The notes beneath the pieces were generated by a model. The model saw only the letters and a list, made by a program, of their open reading frames with translations. It was not told the origin of the DNA and made no database searches. Below, one piece after another: positions 19,257 to 29,016 of a stretch of DNA of 64,000 nt. The stretch lies in assembly GCA_047284725.1 (NCBI GenBank), contig JBJBEO010000001.1, positions 1,784,203-1,848,202 of the forward strand. The letters are read 5' to 3'. A program made the position numbers and the translations under genes. This stretch comes from Synechococcus sp. (GTDB taxonomy: Bacteria > Cyanobacteriota > Cyanobacteriia > PCC-6307 > Cyanobiaceae). How positions within the stretch are numbered: the stretch's first letter is position 1; each line of letters starts with the position of its first letter.

Positions 19257-19472
19257 TCAGAGACGCACGCATGCGGGGCTGTCCACGTTCAGACCTGCAC
19301 CACGGGCATCCGACAACAGGGCCGACATGCAGGACTGATTGAACACCGCACGCCCCGAAAGGAGGTCATCCCATTCTTCGGCAGGGAAATGGGCTTGCAA
19401 CCAGAACAGGCCCAGGGCACTGGCGGCACGAACACCGAAAACGGAGTCAACCTGCTCGATGGAGAGATCCAA
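19257..19472 (-). CDS. Conserved small hypothetical protein
   Basis: GLFWLQAHF..EWD.L..LLSDARGAGL. Confidence 0.65.
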   Translation of the reverse strand: MDLSIEQVDSVFGVRAASALGLFWLQAHFPAEEWDDLLSGRAVFNQSCMSALLSDARGAGLNVDSPACVRL

Positions 19473-19631
19473 GCTGCTTTTCCTGACTGACTCTATTCAG
19501 CCAACACAGCCGCAACTCAACTGTACGCATTGATACAAAACCGACGTTCATGCGCCAAGGTCCCCAGCCGTTCAGACCCGCGATCCAGTTGGATTAACTT
19601 GACGAAATCAGAAACCGCGACAGGCATCTCG

Positions 19632-20375
19632 TTGGTTCTTCATCGCTTCAAACGCTGTCATTGCCACACCCAGCAGCGGGGGTTCAGCACCCAGCAGGTC
19701 CTCCTCATTCTGCTGGTGGTGTTTCCCCTGGGATGCATCGCCCTGGGACTGATCCTCAACGGGGTGATGCAACGCAGCAAGACGTCAGAAGCGACGGAAC
19801 CAGAACCCCCATCAACCATCGCTGCCAAACCGGAACCGATGGAAGCCGCCGGTGATCCGGATCCAAGCCAGGTTGAAACAGCCCAGCAGGACGCTCCACA
19901 GGCAGCACCAGCAGCGAGCGACACAGTGGAGCTCGGGGCCTCCGTGACGGGTGTTCCAATCCGGTTGCTGATGCAAAGCATCAACACGCGCGACAGGCAA
20001 TTCCGGGACTTTCAATATCAGCTCGGCAGCAGCACCGTTGCGGCGATGGCCAACTGCACCGATCAAAGCTGGACGAGTTACCCGGAGCGCCAGCTGAATC
20101 GGCCCCAGTCCCCCGCGACGGAGCGCATGCTCAGGCTGGTGTGCGGGACAACCAACGAGGCCGACCCGCCAGCCCCATTACCAGACCCTGCTTTTCCCGG
20201 GGTGGCGATCGTGTTCGACCCACCCAGCAATGTGCGCAGGAGCCCAGGCGGAGCCTTTCTTTGCACCGTCAACAACCCGCGCAGCATCCGCGTCGGTCAG
20301 GCCCAGGGTGAGTGGTACCCCACCTCGGCGTGTGGACCCCAGGGGTTCATCCATCGCAGCCAGGTGCGCTTCTGA
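19632..20375 (+). CDS. Membrane-anchored protein with pilin-like N-terminus and C-terminal SH3-like domain
   Basis: RGFSTQQVLLILLVVFPLG; DPPSNVRRSPGG...GEWY...GFIHRSQV; start uncertain (ORF open from 19530). Confidence 0.75.
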   Translation: MVLHRFKRCHCHTQQRGFSTQQVLLILLVVFPLGCIALGLILNGVMQRSKTSEATEPEPPSTIAAKPEPMEAAGDPDPSQVETAQQDAPQAAPAASDTVELGASVTGVPIRLLMQSINTRDRQFRDFQYQLGSSTVAAMANCTDQSWTSYPERQLNRPQSPATERMLRLVCGTTNEADPPAPLPDPAFPGVAIVFDPPSNVRRSPGGAFLCTVNNPRSIRVGQAQGEWYPTSACGPQGFIHRSQVRF

Positions 20376-20401
20376 TCAACACCTCCCCTGCAGGGCTTCC
20401 T

Positions 20402-20968
20402 ATGCCGATGCTCCCTCTCCGCCACCCCTCCACAGCAGGCTTCTCCAATCAACAGGCCCTTCTCGCCCTGCTGGTTGTCTTTCCGCTCGGAATGATGTGC
20501 ATCGGGATGGTGGTCACCCTGGCCCTGCGATCCACCTCCGCCTCCACAGCCCAGGCACCGGCGCCAGCAATCCAGACACCAGCCCCGAGTGCATCTCCAG
20601 CATCCGAGCAGCCAGAGACCGTCAGACCGGCCCCTGCCCCATCGACGCCCGTCAAACCCCTGGCGAATCCGGGATCGGCCAATCCAACTCCCAGCAGCGC
20701 CAACACCTGCTGGTTCCAGATGCAACGGGGAGGACCTCTGATCGGTGATCGTTGCAGCGTGACGCTACGGGTCAATGTCAACGGAGACCGGGTCTTTGAT
20801 GTGATTGAGCCTTCGGGCTTGAAGCGATCCGTGGTGCTGTGGGAGAACGATGACGTGGAAGTGTTCCTGAACGAACAGCGCTACACGGGAAGCTGGCTTG
20901 TGGATGATGAGGGCGATGTTCGCGTCAGCCTGGCCGGAGGCACCTTTGCATTTACGCCTCCTCGCTAG
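20402..20968 (+). CDS. Membrane-anchored protein with pilin-like N-terminus and Pro-rich linker
   Basis: AGFSNQQALLALLVVFPLG; beta-rich C-terminal domain with a Cys pair. Confidence 0.75.
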   Translation: MPMLPLRHPSTAGFSNQQALLALLVVFPLGMMCIGMVVTLALRSTSASTAQAPAPAIQTPAPSASPASEQPETVRPAPAPSTPVKPLANPGSANPTPSSANTCWFQMQRGGPLIGDRCSVTLRVNVNGDRVFDVIEPSGLKRSVVLWENDDVEVFLNEQRYTGSWLVDDEGDVRVSLAGGTFAFTPPR

Positions 20969-21002
20969 AGCGTCAGGCTCATGCCGTCTGGAGAGCGACC
21001 GT

Positions 21003-21557
21003 TCAGCAATCCTCCTCACCCTGCTGCCTGATCAGCAGGATGAATCCAGACAGAATCGACACCAGGGCCAGACACGCCACCACTGCGATCACGGGAGTCG
21101 CCGCAGGGGTTCCTGAGGCTGGAGACAACGCAGGCTCTTGCGGTGGCCGAGGCAACGACTGGTTGTCAGCCGGCAAGGGCTCAGCCATGGGCTGGCCTGG
21201 CTGCATCCGGACATAACGCACCAAGCCATGAAGCCCCACCAACACGGACTGATCAGACGACACATCCAGAATCAGTCCGGAGCCTGTTGATTGAGCCACA
21301 AAGTGAATTCTGTTCTGCTCAAGAAACTCCCAGCGTGCATCAGAGCTGACACCAAACATCGTCACGGTCGCGCGACCGTCAGGCTGAAGATAAAGACAGG
21401 ACATCTGACTCTCAGACTGATCAGATCCGAGCCCCTCCAAACAGTACTTGCCATGTAGCCGCGACCCTGGCGACGCAAAACAAGCCTGAAGCAGAACACA
21501 CCCAACGAAACAAGCCGCGACACGACTGCGCAGAGAAGACAGCCGTCGTTGGCTCAT
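21003..21557 (-). CDS. Exported protein with Pro-rich linker and C-terminal TM anchor
   Basis: N-terminal signal (possible lipobox LQAC); C-terminal hydrophobic helix. Confidence 0.6.
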   Translation of the reverse strand: MSQRRLSSLRSRVAACFVGCVLLQACFASPGSRLHGKYCLEGLGSDQSESQMSCLYLQPDGRATVTMFGVSSDARWEFLEQNRIHFVAQSTGSGLILDVSSDQSVLVGLHGLVRYVRMQPGQPMAEPLPADNQSLPRPPQEPALSPASGTPAATPVIAVVACLALVSILSGFILLIRQQGEEDC

Positions 21558-21573
21558 GATGCGGCTTGCAACA

Positions 21574-22458
21574 TCACAAGCCGGCCTGTCCATTGTCGAA
21601 GCGCTCAAAACCACAGAGACGCGCCGCCGCTTGATACTCAGGGTCGAAGCGATCCCAACGGAAACTGCGGGGATCGTAGCGACTATGGCTGCGGTCAATC
21701 GCCTGATGGGTCGTCAGGCGTGTCAGAGGAATTCCGAACTTGGCCTGCCACAGCAACACCTGGCCAGCCAGATTGCGGTATTGCGCAGAGGTGTAGCCCG
21801 AGTGGCCACTGCGATCATCCCGACCATCAACTGGCGAAACAAGACTGATATGCAAAGCGATGTTATTCACCGAGCCAACACTGGACGCTTTGGTGCGCTG
21901 GGTGACATCACCAAACGCCGACATGCCAGCACCGTAGGCGCGCTTTTCATCGGGGACGATGCGCAACCGTGCGCCATCGCGTGCAATCAACATGTGATAA
22001 CTGGCCTGATCAGCATCGTTGGGATGCGGCGTCTGAAAGAAGGCCACCGTGGCTTTCTCACTGATCACGGTTTCATGCAGCACGATCAGCAACGGCTCAG
22101 CCTGAAGAGCACGGTTCCAGGCATCGACAACTTTGCGTTCGCCGAAATTCGTGGCATCGGCCAGTTGATCCATCTCTGCTGTCAGCGCGAGCGTCTTGGC
22201 ACAGCTGGCGATCTCCTGCGCCGACGCAGGAGGCAAACCAGCATCGGCCAGTGTCATCACAGGCGGAAGGGTCAGACCCTGTTTCGGGCTTTGCCCCTTG
22301 CCCCGGACTGAGCCGTCGTCGTTGGGATTGGTATGCCCGCTGATGGAGGGATGCTGCGGATCACCCGCCCCTTGCCAGGGGAAACGAAACGGCAACGACG
22401 TGCAGCCGCTGAGCAGGATCAGAGCTGCGGCAACAGACAACGAACGAACAAGAGTCAT
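21574..22458 (-). CDS. N-acetylmuramoyl-L-alanine amidase (Amidase_2), lipoprotein
   Basis: Lipobox LSGC; IVLHET, ASYHMLI, RAYGAG, SVNN, TTH, RYDP. Confidence 0.85.
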   Translation of the reverse strand: MTLVRSLSVAAALILLSGCTSLPFRFPWQGAGDPQHPSISGHTNPNDDGSVRGKGQSPKQGLTLPPVMTLADAGLPPASAQEIASCAKTLALTAEMDQLADATNFGERKVVDAWNRALQAEPLLIVLHETVISEKATVAFFQTPHPNDADQASYHMLIARDGARLRIVPDEKRAYGAGMSAFGDVTQRTKASSVGSVNNIALHISLVSPVDGRDDRSGHSGYTSAQYRNLAGQVLLWQAKFGIPLTRLTTHQAIDRSHSRYDPRSFRWDRFDPEYQAAARLCGFERFDNGQAGL

Positions 22459-23118
22459 TTACTGCTTGCGATAGTCCCAGATTTTCCAGCGACCAGACTC
22501 TTCTTTGAGGGTGTAAATCCAGTCTTTGGTACTTGAGGACGTTTCACTGCCCTTGGGCGAGTGCAGATTGGAAACCTCGGTCACCGACACGACAATCGAA
22601 GGCATCGAAGGGGACGGCAAATAGCGGATCACCCGATTCACCTTGATAGTGGAATAGCTGTAATAGCTGTTGTTGTTCTTGAGCCACTGGATGGATCCAT
22701 CCGGCTTGGTTAAATCGGTCCATAAAGGTCCAGCCGCCACCACCTGATCAGCCAGATCGGTGTTGAAAGGCGGAGCGAAGATCTGAGATTTCACCGTCAA
22801 CCACTCCTCCACGATGGCTCTGGCTTGCTCCTGGGTGAGACCAGATGGCTGAGGAGCCGGCTGCTTCTGCGGGGGCAGCGGCTGAATCGTGGTGGATCGC
22901 TCAGAGGACTCCGGTCGCTCCACCGGCTGGGGAGCTGGAGCAGGGGCGGGGGCCGTCGCCACCGTGCTCTGACGCTGCAGCAGCACGATCACCAGCCCCA
23001 GCGCCACCAGGCCGAGGGGAAACAGCAGCAGCAGAACCAGCAGGGCTTGCTGGTTACTGAATCCTTGATCACCGCGCAGCCGATGGCGGAAGCGGCTGAT
23101 TGGCGTTGAGCGACTCAC
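22459..23118 (-). CDS. Membrane-anchored protein with pilin-like N-terminus and ARC6/IMS (DUF4101-like) domain
   Basis: QGFSNQQALLVLLLLFPLG; A..IVEEWLTVKSQIFAPPF..WLKNNNSYYSY..VTE..Y.L..GRWKIWDY. Confidence 0.75.
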   Translation of the reverse strand: MSRSTPISRFRHRLRGDQGFSNQQALLVLLLLFPLGLVALGLVIVLLQRQSTVATAPAPAPAPQPVERPESSERSTTIQPLPPQKQPAPQPSGLTQEQARAIVEEWLTVKSQIFAPPFNTDLADQVVAAGPLWTDLTKPDGSIQWLKNNNSYYSYSTIKVNRVIRYLPSPSMPSIVVSVTEVSNLHSPKGSETSSSTKDWIYTLKEESGRWKIWDYRKQ

Positions 23119-23241
23119 AGAATGACCTCCGGGAACAACGTGGTCAAAGCAGCTGCACCGTGCCTGTCGTGCCACACCCAAAGCAAGGCCATTGGACAAA
23201 CGGTCACAATGATGCACTGATCAGGATCGGAACCAGGGTGA

Positions 23242-24132
23242 TTGAAGCAGGTGCCATCAACCAGAGCCGGCGTGTCTCCTGATCCAAAGCGTCAACCCGG
23301 ACCATGGCCAGCACTGGGTTCCTGGGCTGCGATTCAGCTCCTGCATCAGGCTCCAGCCCAGGCAGCATGGGACCTGCGCCACGCAGCGGCTGTTGAAGAT
23401 CTCCTGAACGACTACATCAAGACGCTGCCTGAGGGAGCCAGCATGCCGGCGCCGAGGCTCTTCCTCTACAAAGGCACTGCGTTTTCAAGGGCCTGCCCAG
23501 GATCCGGCATCGAGGCCCCCGCCTACTGCCCTGGGGATCACACCGTTTATCTGGAAATGGGGCTGGGCGATCAAGTGGCCACCATGTACGGAGATTTCGG
23601 AGCCCTGTCGATCCTGTCGCATGAATTCGGCCACGCCTACATGAGTCAACGCCAGCTGCATCCCCCGGGCAAACAGGGAGAGCTGGCCGCTGATGGTTTC
23701 GCCGGAGGGTTCGCCCGTTATGTCGAGCAACTGGGGCTTCTGGAAGCCGGTGACATCGATGAAGCCCGCGCCACCTTTGCCGCCGTTGGCGACTATCAGG
23801 TGTATCACCATGATCACCACGGCACCCCCAACGAGCGCCGTCAGGCCTTTGAGGCCGGCTACCAGCAAGGGTTCCGTCTGCCGGGGGAGCCACCCACAGC
23901 TCAACCGCCCACAGTTCAATCACCAACCGCTCAACCACCGAGAGCACAACCCCAGCAACCCGCGCCCCAACCCGACCAACCGGCGATCGTTCCCTCTCCG
24001 ATTCCTGGTCAGGCCAACCAGGTCAGCGCCGTTGGTCCCGTCCTTGGCCTCGGCCTCGGCGTTGTTTTCATCGCCTTGATGTTGATCGCCGTTGTCACGC
24101 TGATCAACAGGGCCCGTGATGAAGAGTTTTAA
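23242..24132 (+). CDS. Neutral zinc metallopeptidase (YpfJ-like) with C-terminal TM
   Basis: AYCPGDHTVY, HEFGH, ELAADGFAG, HGT..R..AF..G. Confidence 0.85.
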   Translation: MKQVPSTRAGVSPDPKRQPGPWPALGSWAAIQLLHQAPAQAAWDLRHAAAVEDLLNDYIKTLPEGASMPAPRLFLYKGTAFSRACPGSGIEAPAYCPGDHTVYLEMGLGDQVATMYGDFGALSILSHEFGHAYMSQRQLHPPGKQGELAADGFAGGFARYVEQLGLLEAGDIDEARATFAAVGDYQVYHHDHHGTPNERRQAFEAGYQQGFRLPGEPPTAQPPTVQSPTAQPPRAQPQQPAPQPDQPAIVPSPIPGQANQVSAVGPVLGLGLGVVFIALMLIAVVTLINRARDEEF

Positions 24133-24637
24133 AACCACAGTTCCAACCCCCACAGGGTTCAGCAACCAGCACGCCCTGCTGGTGCTGTTGATTCTGTTTC
24201 CTCTGGGCTTGATGGCCATCGGCAGCCTCGCCGTTCTGTGGTTGAAACAGCCGTCCGTTGTTGCTGACACCCCTTCCAAACCAACCGCCACCGAACCCAA
24301 CCAACCTCAGGCCAGGACCAATGCCAATTCCAATTCCAACGATCACAACAAGACCACCCCAGTCCCTGATCTGATCGCGTTGCAGGAGCAACGCCTGAAT
24401 GACCTTGCCGATGCCATTTTCTGGCGGCGCCATCCATCCCTGCAAGGCGTCAAATTGAGTGGTCAAACAGGCGACTTAGCCCGTGAATGGAGCCGGATCC
24501 GCCACTGCGACGCCATCGTTGATGATCGTTTTTATCGCCTCCATCCACACATGCGCGGACGCACGATCCAGCCGAACCAGACGGAGCTGGCGGCGAGCTG
24601 GCAACGCTTGCGCGATCAAGTCGAGGGTTGCTCCTGA
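24119..24637 (+). CDS. Membrane-anchored protein with pilin-like N-terminus and duplicated helical repeat
   Basis: TGFSNQHALLVLLILFPLG; internal repeat DAIFWRRHPSLQG..LAREW / DDRFYRLHPHMRG..LAASW. Confidence 0.75.
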   Translation: MKSFKTTVPTPTGFSNQHALLVLLILFPLGLMAIGSLAVLWLKQPSVVADTPSKPTATEPNQPQARTNANSNSNDHNKTTPVPDLIALQEQRLNDLADAIFWRRHPSLQGVKLSGQTGDLAREWSRIRHCDAIVDDRFYRLHPHMRGRTIQPNQTELAASWQRLRDQVEGCS

Positions 24638-25551
24638 ACGCTCGCACGCGTCGAGCGCGGCCGCAGAACCACGACACCGATCGATGCAGGAACCGAGCGC
24701 ACATACGCAGCAAACGGATGCGAGCGGATCACCCCCTTCCCAGGCACGGCATGGATGGCTGACACGCCATCGGCATCACGCACCACAACACCCATATGCG
24801 TGACATCAAGCCCAGGAACGGACGTGGCAATCGCAAACAGATCACCATTCTGGAAGGAACGACTCGCCAGTTCCAGACCATCATTGGGGAGATAGATCTG
24901 TTCAATCGTCAGACGACGCTCCTTCTCTTGAATGCAGCGGAGCGTTGAAGGCGTCTGCAACGGGGAATAGAGAGACGGATGGTCCGACATATAGGTGAGA
25001 TTCAAGACGCGTCGCTGATGACCGGCCACCTCATCCGTGACATCCTCAACCCATCCCTGATCAGCGGCCGATGCCGCCCAGCTCTGGAAATAATGATGAC
25101 GCGAGCAGTAATCAACACGGCCCGCCTCGTATCGCATGGTTTGCGTTGTCGCCACAAACGATGGCCAATCGGATGACACAGCCAGCGCCAGAAGTTGCTC
25201 AACCAACAACATGCAATCAAAACGTGTCAGATCAACGCGCAATCGCTCTGCGCCCCCTTCATCCAGGGAAAAGGCGACATAGGGAGTGCCGAGAAACGAC
25301 TGAGCCAGGGAAGCGACGGTCTGAGCAGGCTCGAGCTCACGCATCCATCCCTTGATCTCGGAATACAACTCCTCACTGCCGGGAGCGACCTGCACCTGCG
25401 GATCCGACGCAGGACGATCCGACGCCAGGGCCGATGGCCCGATCGCACGCTGACGCTGCGGGTTGAACGGCTGATCGGCGGCAAGGCCACCTGCCGCCGA
25501 AAGAGAGACCACCAAACCCGCAAGCCCCATCCACCGGCGTGCACGCATCAC
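24616..25551 (-). CDS. AmiA-like NlpC/P60-fold amidase (DUF1460)
   Basis: FLGTPY, FDCMLLVE, RY..G.V.YCSRHHYF, GLDVTHMG, IHA. Confidence 0.87.
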   Translation of the reverse strand: MMRARRWMGLAGLVVSLSAAGGLAADQPFNPQRQRAIGPSALASDRPASDPQVQVAPGSEELYSEIKGWMRELEPAQTVASLAQSFLGTPYVAFSLDEGGAERLRVDLTRFDCMLLVEQLLALAVSSDWPSFVATTQTMRYEAGRVDYCSRHHYFQSWAASAADQGWVEDVTDEVAGHQRRVLNLTYMSDHPSLYSPLQTPSTLRCIQEKERRLTIEQIYLPNDGLELASRSFQNGDLFAIATSVPGLDVTHMGVVVRDADGVSAIHAVPGKGVIRSHPFAAYVRSVPASIGVVVLRPRSTRASVQEQPST

Positions 25552-25626
25552 CCTTGATCAACCACAGACAACCTGGCATGAGCAACCACGCCGCGTAGGC
25601 TGAAATCGGCGATCACAGCAACTGGA

Positions 25627-26919
25627 TTGACTCCGAAATCGTTCTGCCTATCGCTGCGATGCGGACTCTCAACGACGGCCATCGCCATGGTGATCAGCGG
25701 CTGCGCCTCCGCACAACTGCCCAGTTGCGTGATCGGCCTGGAGGCACCCACCCCAGAGCAACGTCAGCGCTGGGAGGCTGCTCCTCAGGTCACCAGCCTC
25801 GACCTGGGCATTGATGGCAGCAGTTCCATGTTGGGGCTCACAGGCTCAGCCGACAGCGCACGGGCCTGGAAGGGCCTGCTCAAAGGCGTCAGCCTGGGTG
25901 CCGCGGCCAACGGGCTCAGCCTGAAGACCCAACGCATCGGCAGCGGTCGCGGCAGCACGGTCTCCAGCCCGATGCAAGCCGCCGACGCCTGTTTCTTTCA
26001 GGGGTGTGGTGCCTTTGCAGCGGTGACCTCCAGCCTTGAATCGCTCTGGAGCAGCCCAGGCCTCAGCCAGGGCAAGCCACCTCTTCGCCTCGCCATCAGC
26101 GATCTGGAGGTGAACGATGGCGACATCGCCAACCTCGTGGGAGCCATCCGACCACATGTGGAGCAGGGAGCCGTGATCGGCGTGCTTGCCGTTCGGCTGC
26201 CATTCGCAGGCAGGGTGTACAACAGCCAGGGCACCGTGATCCACGAGGGCACAGCGGAACGCCCCACCTACCTGCTGGCGACAGGGCCGCGCTCCCAGGT
26301 GCACAACCTGCTCAAAGACGTGAAAACGAAAGCAGCCCTGGCGGGGGTGCCGACAGGCTCCATGCACCTCACCCTGCTGGATGAGCAGGCCAATGCACCC
26401 ACCCTGGTGGCGAAGAGCATCGCGGGCGACAACAGCGGTTACGGCCAGCCGTTGCGTCTCGGAACAACCACCTTCAGCCCGAGTGGCAATGGAAAGTACC
26501 AATTCGCAAGGCTGTTTGAGGGAGCCAATCGTGTCGTTCTCAGCAGCGGAGTGGGCGTCAGCGCCCAAGCGCCGCTGCTGCCCGACCTCGGCCTGATCAA
26601 TGTGCTGCCGGTGGCCTTGCCTGGCACCTCAAGCCACAGCAGCGGCGTGGATGTGGATGGATTCCAGGTGAACGGCACTGACTTGAGCGTGGGCTTGGGG
26701 ATCGCCGACACCACCATCGGCGGGGCCGTGCGGGCGACGGTTGCTCGCGGCCAACTTCCGGAAAGCTGGTGGGTGCGTTGGAATCGCCTGACCCCCAAAG
26801 CAGAGGACGCACGGAATCAAACTGACGGATTATTGCTGTTGCTCACAAGTTTGAGCCAGTTGATGGTTCAAAATGGCACCACTCCAGCCGCGTCTCTCTG
26901 CCTGGCTTTCAGTCGGTAA
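25627..26919 (+). CDS. vWA-like lipoprotein
   Basis: Lipobox ISGC; LGIDGSSSM (DxSxS MIDAS-like) and downstream AISDL. Confidence 0.7.
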   Translation: MTPKSFCLSLRCGLSTTAIAMVISGCASAQLPSCVIGLEAPTPEQRQRWEAAPQVTSLDLGIDGSSSMLGLTGSADSARAWKGLLKGVSLGAAANGLSLKTQRIGSGRGSTVSSPMQAADACFFQGCGAFAAVTSSLESLWSSPGLSQGKPPLRLAISDLEVNDGDIANLVGAIRPHVEQGAVIGVLAVRLPFAGRVYNSQGTVIHEGTAERPTYLLATGPRSQVHNLLKDVKTKAALAGVPTGSMHLTLLDEQANAPTLVAKSIAGDNSGYGQPLRLGTTTFSPSGNGKYQFARLFEGANRVVLSSGVGVSAQAPLLPDLGLINVLPVALPGTSSHSSGVDVDGFQVNGTDLSVGLGIADTTIGGAVRATVARGQLPESWWVRWNRLTPKAEDARNQTDGLLLLLTSLSQLMVQNGTTPAASLCLAFSR

Positions 26920-26934
26920 TTCCTGACCAGAACG

Positions 26935-27471
26935 ATGCGAATTCTGCAGTTCATCACCCTTGCCCTGTCGGTTGCTCTTGGCATGGTGTGGATTTTTATT
27001 GTTCAAAACTCGATCTTTCTGCATGTTTTGGCTGGTCCCTTGAGTGGACCTGGCATGAATGTTGTTGACTTCCTGCAGATCGGCAGCAGTCCCGCCTTCA
27101 CCGTGTTCTGGGCTGGCTGCATCTCAGCGCTGCTGATCTGGTTTGTGATCACGCTGAGCTCGCGCCCCCGCAGCTCCGCCCAGACCCGGGGCATGCAACC
27201 GATGTGGTGGCTGGCAGCGGCCCTGCTCACCCTGTTCGGCTGGCTGTGCCTGGGCTGGTTCACAGCATTCAGCTGGACCATGAGTGGTGTCAGCCCGATC
27301 GCAGGCTCTGCTCAACTCTTTTTTCCACTTCCCCCGGGTGGGTGGCTGATGCTGATGGGATTTGTGATGCTCGATGTGATCCTGCTGTTCTGGTTACCCA
27401 CCCTGGTCGCGTCGCCTCGCACCTACCGCTTCGTGGTGCCCGGAGCCGTCACCCTTCTGGGCAGTCGCTGA
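26935..27471 (+). CDS. 4-TM membrane protein
   Basis: Four hydrophobic helices; tightly linked within the operon. Confidence 0.8.
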   Translation: MRILQFITLALSVALGMVWIFIVQNSIFLHVLAGPLSGPGMNVVDFLQIGSSPAFTVFWAGCISALLIWFVITLSSRPRSSAQTRGMQPMWWLAAALLTLFGWLCLGWFTAFSWTMSGVSPIAGSAQLFFPLPPGGWLMLMGFVMLDVILLFWLPTLVASPRTYRFVVPGAVTLLGSR

Positions 27472-27472
27472 G

Positions 27473-28972
27473 ATGAAACAGATTTTCGCCATCGGCGTCG
27501 GCGGCACCGGCGCTAAATGCATCGAGGCGCTGGTGCATCTCCATGCCTGCGGATTGCTCACCGATCAAGACGGCAACCCAGCCCGATTGGGGGTGTTTCT
27601 GGTGGAGCCGGATCAGCAGAGTGCTCTGCTGCTCCGTGCCCAGACAGCGATCAACCGCTACGGCTCCCTGCGCCGGGCCGTGGGACGTCAAAGCGACCGG
27701 TTTGCCCGCGCCGAACTGCGGGATTACGGCCAGTGGAGTCCACTGAGCACAGCCTCCGGTGCCATCAGCCTCGATCAGGTCTTCCCCAAGGCGGTGCTGC
27801 GCACCCAGGCGCCAGGGGTGGCGGCTTTGTTTGATTGCCTCTTCCCCCCCGAGGAGCAGAGTGCCGACCTGGAAGTGGGGTTCCGCGGCCGACCACCGAT
27901 CGGATCGGCAGTGATGAGCCGCATCAGCCTCGAGCAGGAGGCTCAGGTGGGCCAATGGCAGCAGATGCTGAGCGACATCCAGACCGCCGCCGGCAGCGGC
28001 GAAGCACCGGTGGTGCATCTCTTCGGCAGTGTGTTCGGCGGCACCGGCGCCTCCGGGGTCCCCACCCTCGGCCAGCTGCTCAAAAACTGGCTGAAGCGAC
28101 AGGGGCTCACCAGCGTCCAGGTGCAGGCGTCACTGCTGCTGCCCTACTTCGATTTCGAGGGGATGGCCGACGACGACACCGGTGTGCACGCCGAATCACG
28201 CAACTTCCAGCTCAACACGGACGCCGCCCTGCAGTACCTCCGCACCAGCGGTCGCGCCTGCTTCGATCGGGTCTATCTGGTGGGGAGCGACATCAAGGCG
28301 CGCTACGGCTTCAGCATCGGTGGCACGTCCCAATCGAATGCCGCCCACATGGTGGAACTGCTGGCGGCCCTCGGGGTGTGTCATCCCGGCACGACAAGCA
28401 ATGGCTATGCCCATGTGCTCAGCCGGACGGAGCAGCAGAGCATGGGCTGGGAAGACCTGCCCGACAACGAGATGGTGGGCGATGCCCTGGCCCGCGGCGC
28501 TCGCTTCGCCGTGGCATGGCGCAACAACATCACCCGTGAGATCAATGAGGCCCAGAAGGTGCCGATGCGCACCTTCCTCAGTGGTGCGCCATGGGCGCGG
28601 CGCTTCTTCCATCCTTCCGGGTCGGGCACCGACCGAGGCATGCGGCCTGGCATCCGTGACAAGGAACAGCTCACGGTGCAGAACGCCATTGATCAGTACT
28701 GCGACACACTGCTGCAGTGGCTCAACCAGGTTTCGAGCAACCTCGGCAGTGGATTCCGCCAGGAGCTGTTCACCGCCTCACTGCTAAGGCCCAGTGACCG
28801 CTTCGAGAACAACCTCAGCCGCGTGGTGAAAGGCAAGGCGAGGCCCCGCCGCCCCGAAGCCTCCGACACGGTGGAAGCGATCAAGGTGCGGATGGATCAG
28901 CTCAAGAGTGATGCCATCTCCCATCGCGGCATGGCCGGCCTTGCCGATTGTCTCTGGTCTCTTGTGGTCTGA
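27473..28972 (+). CDS. Tubulin/FtsZ-like GTPase (Tubulin_2-like)
   Basis: IGVGGTG, GFRGRPPIG, GSVFGGTGASG signature, LLPYF. Confidence 0.87.
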   Translation: MKQIFAIGVGGTGAKCIEALVHLHACGLLTDQDGNPARLGVFLVEPDQQSALLLRAQTAINRYGSLRRAVGRQSDRFARAELRDYGQWSPLSTASGAISLDQVFPKAVLRTQAPGVAALFDCLFPPEEQSADLEVGFRGRPPIGSAVMSRISLEQEAQVGQWQQMLSDIQTAAGSGEAPVVHLFGSVFGGTGASGVPTLGQLLKNWLKRQGLTSVQVQASLLLPYFDFEGMADDDTGVHAESRNFQLNTDAALQYLRTSGRACFDRVYLVGSDIKARYGFSIGGTSQSNAAHMVELLAALGVCHPGTTSNGYAHVLSRTEQQSMGWEDLPDNEMVGDALARGARFAVAWRNNITREINEAQKVPMRTFLSGAPWARRFFHPSGSGTDRGMRPGIRDKEQLTVQNAIDQYCDTLLQWLNQVSSNLGSGFRQELFTASLLRPSDRFENNLSRVVKGKARPRRPEASDTVEAIKVRMDQLKSDAISHRGMAGLADCLWSLVV

Positions 28973-29016
28973 ACCCACAACAGTCGTTCGATCACTCCCC
29001 AGCACCCTCTCAAGCC

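Noticed and set aside
27473..28972. Calling this gene ftsZ
   Set aside because: No FtsZ C-terminal core peptide, divergent motifs and no dcw context; it is a distant tubulin-like family member
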